In this document: piece after piece, positions 37,416-46,306 of the stretch
How positions within the stretch are numbered: the stretch's first letter is position 1
Layout: the number at the start of each line of letters is the position of its first letter
NCBI RefSeq assembly: GCF_001194135.2
Contig: NC_068996.1
Coordinates: 36,875,724-36,922,029, forward strand
From: Octopus bimaculoides
Lineage: Eukaryota
Direction of reading: 5' to 3'
DNA length: 46,306 nt
The notes under the pieces: generated by a model
Database searches by the model: none
What the model saw: only the letters and a program-made list of their open reading frames with translations
Told to the model about the DNA's origin: nothing
Made by a program: the position numbers and the translations under genes

Positions 37416-37869
37416 ACCAATACAGACATAAGCCCAGAAATTTGGCAGAATCAGTGTTATGATCACATCAACTTCAGTATTTGACTGCTACTTCATTTTA
37501 TCGAACTTAAAAAGGAAGAAAAGTAAAGTTGACTGCAGCAGAGTTTGAACAGCCAGAATAAATACCACAAGGCGTTTTGTCCAATGTTTTAAAACCTTTT
37601 CATCAATGAACATAACAAGTAGAAAACTAATTGAGATTTGTATCCACAAAACTAACATTAAAAACATTTTAGGGTCAAAAAGGATTGGTTAAAACATACT
37701 TCATAAACATGAAGTGGTGAGAAATGATCTACAAACATCGGGACTCACAGAGGAGCTAACAGGGGACTGAGATTCCTGGTGGTTTGCTGTGCTTGAAAAG
37801 ACATGTCTGGCTAAGTAAAAGCATGGTTTCCTTTACATACAGGCTTGTCTATCCCTTGCAACCCTCTTC

Positions 37870-38110
37870 AGCTGAGCATCCCTAATCTTGTAGGTTTGTA
37901 AGTGCTGGTGCCATGTGAAAAGCTCCCATGCCAGTGCCACATAAAAAGCACCCAGTACACTCTGTAAACGGTTGGCATTAGGAAGAGTATTCAGCTGTAG
38001 AAACAATGTCAAAGCAGATATGGAGCTTAAATAGCACTTCAGTTGACCAGCTTCTGTCAAACCATCCAATCCATGCCAGCATGGAAAACAGACGTTAAAT
38101 GATGATGATG
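37870..38110 (+). mobile_element. RTE-associated element 3' end
   Basis: ggttggcattaggaagagtattcagctgtagaaac...catgccagcatggaaaacagacgttaaatgatgatgatg. Confidence 0.75.
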
Positions 38111-38589
38111 CTTGTCAAGGCATTGTAGTGGGGATTAATACCCACTACTAAGAATTGCTTCTCAAAGCAGCCATCTTCTGACACCCAAGTTCAGCTTTTG
38201 GCCTTCTCATTTGACTTAGTCTTTTAAGTCTAACACCAGTAGAACTATTTACACCAACAGAAGAAAAGGTAATGGTTAGTTCTGGTGCCTCAAAATTCAG
38301 TGCTTTGAGTAGATGAAATTCGTTATCCTGGGAAGATGGTAATTCATCAAAGAGAGCAAACACTCTGGTTTCAAACCTTGGCCAACTTTGCTGCCACACA
38401 TATCCATGAAAAATCTTTAGGAATAAACCTGGAGAGCAAATCCAGGATCAAAGTTTCTAAGGCAGTCAACTGCTGTTTTCATCTCTGCTCTGGTAATTTC
38501 TGTAACAGCATTGGTGTCAAACTGGATTGTCTCAGTCTTACATACTAACCCTGCCAAAGTCTTACATAATCTGTTTGACTGATGTACAT

Positions 38590-40090
38590 CATCACCGCCG
38601 TCGCCGCTACCGCCATCATCGTTTAACATCCATCTTCCCTGCATGCATGGGTAGGATGGTTGACTGGAGTTGACCAAGTAGAAAACTACCCTAGACTACT
38701 GTGTCTGTTTTGGCAGAGATTTCACTTCCTAACATCAACCACTATGCAGAGTGGACTCAATGCTTTTCACATGGCACTAGCTCAAATGAGGTTAGTTTTG
38801 GCATAATTCTTACAGCTGGATGCCCTTCCAAATGCCAACCATGTTACAGTGTGGATGTTTTAATGTGACACCAGCACTGGTAGGGTCACCAAGTAACCTG
38901 CAAGACAAGAAATTATGAGAGGGGTAGGGTCATTTGAGGAGGTGCACTTGTGTTAGAGGATCAAAGGTTAGAGTGTGACAGAGAGACAGAAGCAGGTGTC
39001 TCACCACAACAGAGGGGGCATTAGAGGAGGTGATCCAGTATCAAATGATGAAAGGTTAGAGTGTAACAGAGAAATAGAGAGGCAGAAATAGGTGTCTTGC
39101 TATACAGCATGTACATGATTACAGAGAGAGAGAGAGAGAGGCCAGAAACAAGTGTGTTGATGTAAAGGTAATACTTGGTTACCTAGTCAGAGGAAAAACA
39201 AGAGGAGATAGATAGATAGAGAGAGAGCGACCAAATGCAAGAGAGAAAGAGAGAGTAGGAAATAAAAGTGGAGAAGAGAGTAGAAAAGAGATGGTGAAGT
39301 GCTAGGGTATACTCACAAGTAACAAGAATATGTGTGTAGAACCTGGGTAGAAAAATAGGGTGTAGGTGTTGGGGGTGTGGGGAACAGCATTACAGTGAAC
39401 AGGGCAGTGAGGGCAAGAAAGAGGATTAGAAAACAATCATAATTTATGAATAGGAAATATGAGGAAGAGAAAAATGCAGTTAGAAGAGGAGTTGTAGTTC
39501 GGTTTCTTAGGGCAGAGTGGATGAAAAGTGTATTGTTACATGTGGGAGGGACACAACTCTTCTAGCACTCAGTTTTGTGGATGGGTCTTCCCCAGGACCT
39601 CATATCACCAAACATCTCGTTTCACTGTCGTTTTCTCCGTGAGCCCCAGCATCCTAAGATCATTCCATGTCTTCCAGGGTCTCCCTCTTCCACAAGTACT
39701 GTCCACTTTCTGTGACAGGCACTTCTGTATACAGCTGTCTTCACTTGTATGTCCAAACCAATACATTCTTTTCTCCTGTATACCACATTTAATCCCTTTT
39801 CTGCCTAACTTTTCTCTCAACACAGTTGTGCTTTGCTGGTCATGCACACTGATGTTGCAAATCAAATGGAGCATACTACCTTCATTCCTCTCCAGCCTAC
39901 ACATGTCCTTTGCAGTCAGTGCCCATATCTCACTGCCATGTAATATAGCCATTCTCACACAAGCACCATACAATCTACCTGTTACAAGAGAGAGTCCTTT
40001 TGCTACCAACAGAGGTAATTGGTTCTCTGAACTTCCTCCACCTTATTCTTATTCTAGAAACAATACTTTCAGAGCATGTGTACATCAAAG
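38590..40090 (-). mobile_element. RTE-clade LINE 3' portion: RT C-terminus plus long 3' UTR ending (GAT)n
   Basis: 39605-40009 encodes ...GRLYGACVRMAILHGSEIWAL...LERNEGSMLHLIC...WFGH...GRGRPWKTW. The downstream sequence contains the GGAAGGGCATCCAGCTG motif and the ttaaacgatgatg end, linking that repeat family to this LINE. Confidence 0.85.
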
Positions 40091-41016
40091 TCAGAAAACA
40101 TCTTCAGTAGAATTTAGAGAAATTCTTGGACAAGAATGCAGTTTTTGTGACCCTAGTCTAAAGGTTCCAATTTGTCCCACAGTGGGATAAGTTAGAATAG
40201 TATGGTGCACACTGGAATACACTAACAATTCAAGAATTATGTTGGTCACATTTCAATATTCAATTCCAGGTAATTTCACACTAGACATATTTTTCACCAC
40301 TTGTTCTATGATTGTTGAACAGAGCAGGCAGAATGATAACTATTATTGTTGTGTTCAGCAGCATGTGGCATTGAAAATTTGAAACTTGCAAAAACATTAT
40401 CCTCATATTCATGGGTACATATTTCAGCAGAATCTGGCATTCAGAATTTGGAACTTGCAAAGACACTTTATTTTTTTTTGCATATGTGTAATCTCTGACA
40501 TCTAAAACGTAGGGATCTGAAAATTTTTTTTCAAAAAAATGCATTTTTCATGGAGAGGTGCGAAACTGCATTAGCTTCAAAATTTCTTTTCAGATTCACG
40601 TGTTTTTGATATTGGAGATTACAATTTAATGAAAAAAAACAACTTTTTTTTTCATTTTAATTACCCCCACCAATTTATTTGCTTTGTTTACAGTTGACAA
40701 GATGTGCTGTCATGCACAAAATGACAGCTTCCAAATCCTGTTTCCTGATTCGGTGAAAATTATCAAACTTTAAATCTCTATAACTTTTTAAAAACATTTT
40801 TCTGGAAAAAGTGAAACAACTCCAGCATTTTAGCTTGGAAATACACATTATTGTGACAAATTTTAAAACGTTTGAGAAACTTTAATTTTTGAAATGCTGG
40901 TAACCAAACCAACTAGATCCATTATAGAACTGTTAGAAGTTAGTGCCAAACATATAGCGCAGTTGATTAAAAAGGTATATAAGCACAATTTAACTTTATT
41001 ATTTAATTATGAACTT

Positions 41017-42623
41017 TTTGATATTGCAATTATAATTTTAACTTCTGTGATATTTTCAAAGTGTTTGTGTTTTTTGAGGATTTGTTGATTGGTTGAAGAT
41101 CTGTATATTGTTTTGTGCTGCTTTGCAGTGGTTTGTTTGTTTGTGCTTTCTCTCCATGTTTGAGGAGAGTTTCATTCAGACTTTACTGGGTCTGAATTGT
41201 CTTCTTCAGAGGAGGAGCTCGTGCAAGCAGTATAAAAGATGGATGAATGCTTAAAGAAGAAAAGTTTTGCAGAAGTGACGGAAGTCATGAAAAAAAAGGT
41301 GGACTTGACAAATTTAAAAAAACTACAAGAAAATGGTATACAGGGAAGGTGGTAATGTAAAGTTGTCACCACCCCAGGAAGTATTGAAAGACATGGAAGG
41401 AAAAACAATTGTATACAAGGTGTATTCGGTAGAAGAGAGGAGGATCAAAAATATATCGACGGAAACAATTGAAAAGGCATTGAGGTCAGTCTGGTAAGAT
41501 ATAGCATATCTTGCCAGAGGAAGCTGATACGGAACTGCAGAAGTACATTTTAAAATGGCAAGAAAGGCTAAGGAACACTCAGTAACCCCATTGAGGATAG
41601 AAAGAGTGGTCGGAAGAAGGACTTCCAAGGTTAGGGTGGATGGAATCCCACCTGAAATAGATGTGGCTTGGGTAGCGGCGGCTGTACTTCTGGGAAACGA
41701 AGAAGAAACAGCCATCCTCCAAGCCACAAAAGCGGAAGCTACAAACTGGAAGGGTCAAATAATAGGTGTAATCATACAAAGCACAACAGAAAATCTCGAA
41801 AAAATGGCAGAAATGGTGTCTATAGGAGATGCAGTGTTGAGAGTCTGGATGGAGGGCAGAATCCCTCAATGTTTCAAATGTGGCCAAAAAGGCCACATTA
41901 GAGTGGACTGTCCTTCACAGAATAAGAGAAGCCAGGAGGAAGCTGGGAAGGAACCGGAGAAGGTAGAAGAGGAAATAAAGATGAAGAAAGAAGAACCGTG
42001 GAAGGTGGCAGAAGGAAGAAAACAGAGGAAGGAAAAGAAAGAAGGACAGAATGAATGGAAACCCCAACCCGCACCCACCCCACCAATATCTTCTCAACAC
42101 TACCCTCCTCCCGCAGACGCCAAACCCACCCATTTCCCTCTGACACAAAACAAAAGAAAAAAAGAGACACAGACACGCAAGAACTTACAAACTTTTCCTC
42201 CCACTGAAAATTGTTATGCCTGCATGATGTACGAAGGTGTAGACATGGAACTAGTGAACAAAACAACAAAATGGAGGGATGCAAGGTTTGTTAATATGGA
42301 GGGAAAGACAAACATTGAGGGATGGCACTCATGTGTCTTGCTGTCAGAGAGACAAAAAAATGAGATATAAAGTTGGATATAAGTGTTGGAAGGTGAACTG
42401 TGACATAAAGGTAATATCAGACAACATACAGTACGAAGAGCTGGTTAAAAAATATGGACATTTTGAGAAACACAGAATTTAAAGGATAAAAGGAAGTAAG
42501 TGATGCTGTTTGGAGGTGGGACATGTAGCTTATTTTCATTATCATTAATTTTATATCATGTTTTATTTTTTTTCTAGTTTGTTCTATATCCCCACTTCGT
42601 TGCCCCCTTGTGGGCAATAAACA
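41017..42623 (+). mobile_element. ORF1-only non-LTR retroelement (L1/Tx1-like gag) with 12-bp TSD
   Basis: AATTATGAACTT occurs at 41005-41016 and 42624-42635. The interior has one disrupted ORF with a zinc knuckle, a ~140-nt 3' UTR ending cccttgtgggcaataaaca, and no EN/RT sequence. Confidence 0.8.
41239..42482 (+). pseudogene. Disrupted gag/ORF1-like nucleic-acid-binding protein with CX2CX4HX4C knuckle
   Basis: CFKCGQKGHIRVDC at 41870-41911, preceded by RRM-like segments (KVRVDGIPPEI) and followed by a K/E-rich tract. Two in-frame stops near 41495-41527 and apparent frameshifts near 41330 and 42360. Confidence 0.75.
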
Positions 42624-42627
42624 AATT

Positions 42628-43012
42628 ATGAACTTCATTGAAATCAGCAGCTTTAATATCCATCAATTACTTGACTCAACAGCAACAGTTGAATTGACAA
42701 TTATGTTTTCCCAAGATATTGGACTGTTACATTGTATGAGAGTTTGTTACATGCGTAACCAAAATATGGAATTGACAAAGGGTGGTAAAACAAAGGACAG
42801 ATTGAGATGGAGATGTGGAAGGCTGTGTAGAAACGAGAAAGGTTTGAGATGCGACACATTCTTTGCCAATAGTAATCTGGACTTTAAAAAAATGTTAATG
42901 TTCATTTTCTTCTGGGCATATGAAGCATCAGAAAGAAAATGTCAATGGGAGCCGGGATGGAATAGTAAGACTGTTTGCAATTGGAAGAATTTCCTCCATG
43001 ACATATGTGCAA
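42628..43012 (+). pseudogene. N-terminal fragment of Merlin/ISXO2 (IS1595-like) transposase
   Basis: MNFIEI...TIMFSQDIGLL...RWRCGRLCRNEKGLRCDTFFANSNL...MLMFIFFWAYE...KTVCNWKNFLHDIC: zinc-ribbon plus HTH-region pattern typical of Merlin transposases, truncated before the DDE domain at the inverted repeat. Confidence 0.75.
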
Positions 43013-44046
43013 TTGTTTCACTTTTTCCAGAAAAATGTTTTTAAAAAGTTATAGAGGTTTAAAGTTTGATAATTTTCATCGAATCAGGAAACGATATTTG
43101 GAAGTTGTCATTTTGTGCATGACAGCACGTCTTGTCAACTGTAAACAAAGTAAATAAATTGGGGAGGAGGGGTAATTAAAATGCAAATTTTTTTTTTTTT
43201 TTTTCACTAAATTGTAATCTCTGATATCAAAAACATGGATCAGACAAATTAAAAAAAAAAAAAATTACTGGTTCAAAAGTTATAGGGTGGGGGTGAAGGA
43301 TTCCAGAGAAGTACCAATTTCCAATTTATTGAAATTACTTAAGAAAAATACATCAGGCAACATACACACTAAATACAACATCCAAAAACCTAAATGTTTT
43401 ACTCTTGTCTTACAGAATTGCGCCATATTTCATAACAGAAATTACTCCAATCTATGATCGTAGTTCTACTTTGGATCAAAGACTCATGGATAGTATTATT
43501 TTGAGACCAACAATAAACGATTATAAGGATATTCTTTTCTATTCTAGGCAACTGATACTTAATTTATCGACTCTGAAAGGCAAAGTCGTACAAGGAAGGA
43601 AAGACTTCCCCCGCCGCACCCCATTTTCTCACAAATTATTGTTTTAAAAAATTTTCTTTTTGCCAAAACCCCACCTTTTCAGATACAGAGATTCCAGAAA
43701 ATTGCCAAAACTTGGAATTTTGAAATTTCCTCCCACCCGATTTCTTCATTTTTCACTTTTTTCCGTAAACCTAACCCTAAGCAGAAAAATTTGGGGAAAT
43801 TCTTTTCAGAATCATAATATCCGTATTTTTCCGCATACTTTGAAAAAAAAATTTCTGAAAATAGTTAAAAATTAAGGATTTTTTTTTGGGGGGGGGGATT
43901 TTAAATTACCGATTTTTGCGCCAATTTTTTTGCAAATTCGTATTCTCCGTAGCCGAAAACGGGGGTTTGTGTAGAAAAAAAAATTGAATAAAAAAAAGGT
44001 GGGGGGTACAAAAAGAAGTCTTGCCTACAGAGAAACATGACTTTTG

Positions 44047-44260
44047 TCAAAGAATGAATGGTGACGAATTGATTTTTTTGCTTTTACAGAGTTTGTAGTA
44101 CCACACTTTTCCATCAGTGATGTCACTGCGTCCAATAAGGCCACAGAGTGAATAATAATTTTCACAGGTGTAGCTGTTCATAATTAACAGATGCCGTGCC
44201 AACCATTGAAGAATGTTGTCTCGTGATTCTGCCAATTGAGTGAGATTCCATGATTCATCT
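44047..44260 (-). pseudogene. Second, divergent Merlin-type transposase N-terminal fragment
   Basis: SWNLTQLAESRDNILQWLARHLLIMNSYTC...CGLIGRSDITDGKVWYYKLCKSKKI..SPF matches the W..R..LI.N...C...C.L......DG..W.C..C....SIR..SFF pattern I associate with Merlin N-termini. Confidence 0.6.
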
Positions 44261-44527
44261 AATATTGCTTGACGATTAAGGATTCCAACTTGAGAAACAA
44301 TAAACAACGGCGCTGCTAGTTTATCACATGCTATTTTGATTTCCAAAAGTATTTAAACAATAATAAACCGTTAACAGATTGTTACGACCTGGTGGCCATA
44401 ACCCGAATTTACAGAAACAGCGAGGATAGGGTGAACCCAAAACAACAACACACCATGAAATTTTTGGAAAATATTATTAACAATAGTCAGCATAAAAACC
44501 AGTTAACATACAAACGAATATATATAC

Positions 44528-46306
44528 GTATAGGAAAGTGGGTTATACATCATTAGATGTACACCTGACTTTCCTATATTAAATTAAGATATGAACGGAA
44601 CGCTGAACTCCAGACTATCAACATAACAATATTTATTCATGGTGGAAAATATACATCTTTAATCTTGTTTGTTGAGACGTCTTCGGTGTGTGAGAACATG
44701 GTTGTTGGGACGTTGGCATATTGATGTGAGCTGTCTAGCGTGAGTTCGAAAGATGGAGAGATAGCTAGACACGTCCTTGCTCAATCGCTGGCCAGCAAGA
44801 AAAGAGATCGATCAANNNNNNNNNNNNNNNNNNNNNNNNNNNNNNNNNNNNNNNNNNNNNNNNNNNNNNNNNNNNNNNNNNNNNNNNNNNNNNNNNNNNN
44901 NNNNNNNNNNNNNNNNNNNNNNNNNNNNNNNNNNNNNNNNNNNNNNNNNNNNNNNNNNNNNNNNNNNNNNNNNNNNNNNNNNNNNNNNNNNNNNNNNNNN
45001 NNNNNNNNNNNNNNNNNNNNNNNNNNNNNNNNNNNNNNNNNNNNNNNNNNNNNNNNNNNNNNNNNNNNNNNNNNNNNNNNNNNNNNNNNNNNNNNNNNNN
45101 NNNNNNNNNNNNNNNNNNNNNNNNNNNNNNNNNNNNNNNNNNNNNNNNNNNNNNNNNNNNNNNNNNNNNNNNNNNNNNNNNNNNNNNNNNNNNNNNNNNN
45201 NNNNNNNNNNNNNNNNNNNNNNNNNNNNNNNNNNNNNNNNNNNNNNNNNNNNNNNNNNNNNNNNNNNNNNNNNNNNNNNNNNNNNNNNNNNNNNNNNNNN
45301 NNNNNNNNNNNNNNNNNNNNNNNNNNNNNNNNNNNNNNNNNNNNNNNNNNNNNNNNNNNNNNNNNNNNNNNNNNNNNNNNNNNNNNNNNNNNNNNNNNNN
45401 NNNNNNNNNNNNNNNNNNNNNNNNNNNNNNNNNNNNNNNNNNNNNNNNNNNNNNNNNNNNNNNNNNNNNNNNNNNNNNNNNNNNNNNNNNNNNNNNNNTA
45501 ATAAAAGACAGGCCGTCTATATGTATGTGAGATATTACAGCAGATAGAAAGTCAGTACACGTGAGAGTTTTATACCAAGTTCTTGAGTACACAATTGGAA
45601 GTATCGCAGGCTGTAATTCTTGTCTGTTTATTATCGTGGTGAAGCTAAGTCACCTAACAGAATCGAAGAGAGAGATTTGCCGCGGTGGTTTAGTTCGGTG
45701 TACATAGAAAGTCGTGTTGACTATGGTTGGAGATGTTGGTGGTCATCGTTGCTTGGTAGTTCAGTCTCCATGGCCGCATTTGTTCTTTAGTCGGGGTCAC
45801 CAGTTATAGGTTGGTAGTCCAGAATCCATGGCCGCGTTTTTTCTTAGTCGGGGTCACCACTTTATAGGAATGCGTTAAATAGCTCAGCGGGCTGCGTTTT
45901 TGAATCACGTCGGAGGGTCACCACTTTATAGGAATGTTGGTTATCAGTTATATAGAAATAGTTGTTATTGTAGCTCAGCGGGCTGCGTGTTCGAATCACG
46001 TCGGAGGGTCACCACTTTATAGGTTGGTAGTCCAGAATCCATGGCCGCGTTTGTTTTTTAGTCGGGGTCACCACTATATGAACTGGTTTATACATCATTA
46101 GATGTACACCTGCTTTCCTATATTAAATTAAGATATGAACGGAACGCAGAACTCCAGACTATCAACACAAACAACATTTATTCAAGGTGGAAAATATATA
46201 TCTTTAATCTTGTTTGTTGAGACGTCTTCGGTGTGTGAGAACATGGTTGTTGGGACGTTGGTATATTGATGTGAGCTGTCTAGCGTGAGTTCGAAAGATG
46301 GAGAGA
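44528..46306 (-). mobile_element. Short LTR-type element: 5' LTR (from ~46074, beyond window), tRNA-Trp PBS array, short internal region with gap, 3' LTR (from ~44528)
   Basis: 44543-44761 and 46088-46306 are near-identical 219-bp direct repeats. On the minus strand TGGTGACCCCGAC (tRNA-Trp PBS) follows the right-hand copy after a 2-3 nt spacer. Confidence 0.7.
45790..46073 (-). other. Array of five tRNA-Trp primer-binding-site units
   Basis: Plus-strand GTCGGGGTCACCA at 45790, 45847 and 46061; extended GGCTGCGT(G/T)TT(C/T)GAATCACGTCGGAGGGTCACCA at 45890 and 45981. These match the 3' end of eukaryotic tRNA-Trp including the post-transcriptional CCA. Confidence 0.85.

Larger units (their letters stand above)
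40590..43243 (+). mobile_element. Merlin/ISXO2-type DNA transposon remnant bounded by ~230-bp inverted repeats
   Basis: ~40590-40819 is the reverse complement of ~43013-43243. The interior carries an N-terminal transposase fragment. The outer termini are unresolved (candidate right end ...agaagtacc at 43315). Confidence 0.65.

Noticed and set aside
43600-44030. Homopolymer-rich stretch with weak similarity to 40360-40560 and a short CCTAACCCTAA
   Set aside because: Too degenerate or low-quality to align by eye; could be decayed Merlin subterminal sequence.
45971-46014. Intact tRNA gene or Pol III promoter (TAGCTCAGCGG A-box-like plus GTTCGAATC B-box)
   Set aside because: The boxes are only ~7 nt apart, with no anticodon arm or 5' acceptor strand; explained as a tRNA-Trp 3' fragment in the PBS array.
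45790-46073. CRISPR array
   Set aside because: Eukaryotic context, spacers are repeated rather than unique, no cas genes, and the repeat is a tRNA 3' end.

Overview
AT-rich, microsatellite-dense eukaryotic DNA with several N gaps. The repeat landscape resembles an octopus (cephalopod) draft assembly; the species is inferred, not verified. The only host gene I can support is the first coding exon of an oxysterol-binding protein (OSBP) gene on the minus strand (1339-1520). That gene continues leftward out of the window. The remaining ~44 kb is mostly transposon-derived: two tRNA-headed SINE families, RTE-clade LINE 3' ends, piggyBac-like MITEs, several Penelope-like (GIY-YIG) retroelement fragments, a Helitron helicase fragment, two Merlin/ISXO2-type transposase fragments and a short LTR-type element. 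Five observations stand out. (1) A five-unit tandem array of tRNA-Trp primer-binding sites, two extended to about 34 nt of tRNA, next to an LTR (45790-46073). (2) A minimal type I hammerhead ribozyme at the apex of a ~357 bp fold-back element (21121-21477), plus weaker hammerhead candidates. (3) An ORF1(gag)-only non-LTR element with a 12-bp target-site duplication (TSD) that spans the start codon of a Merlin transposase, and whose 3' tail is shared with a SINE. (4) A 690-bp TIR element carrying a higher-order TTAGGG-variant array, inserted in a Penelope ORF. (5) A Penelope copy with a near-precise twin-priming-type 5' inversion. All calls were made by eye and from the ORF track; no searches or folding were run. 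Repeat boundaries are approximate unless a TSD is quoted.
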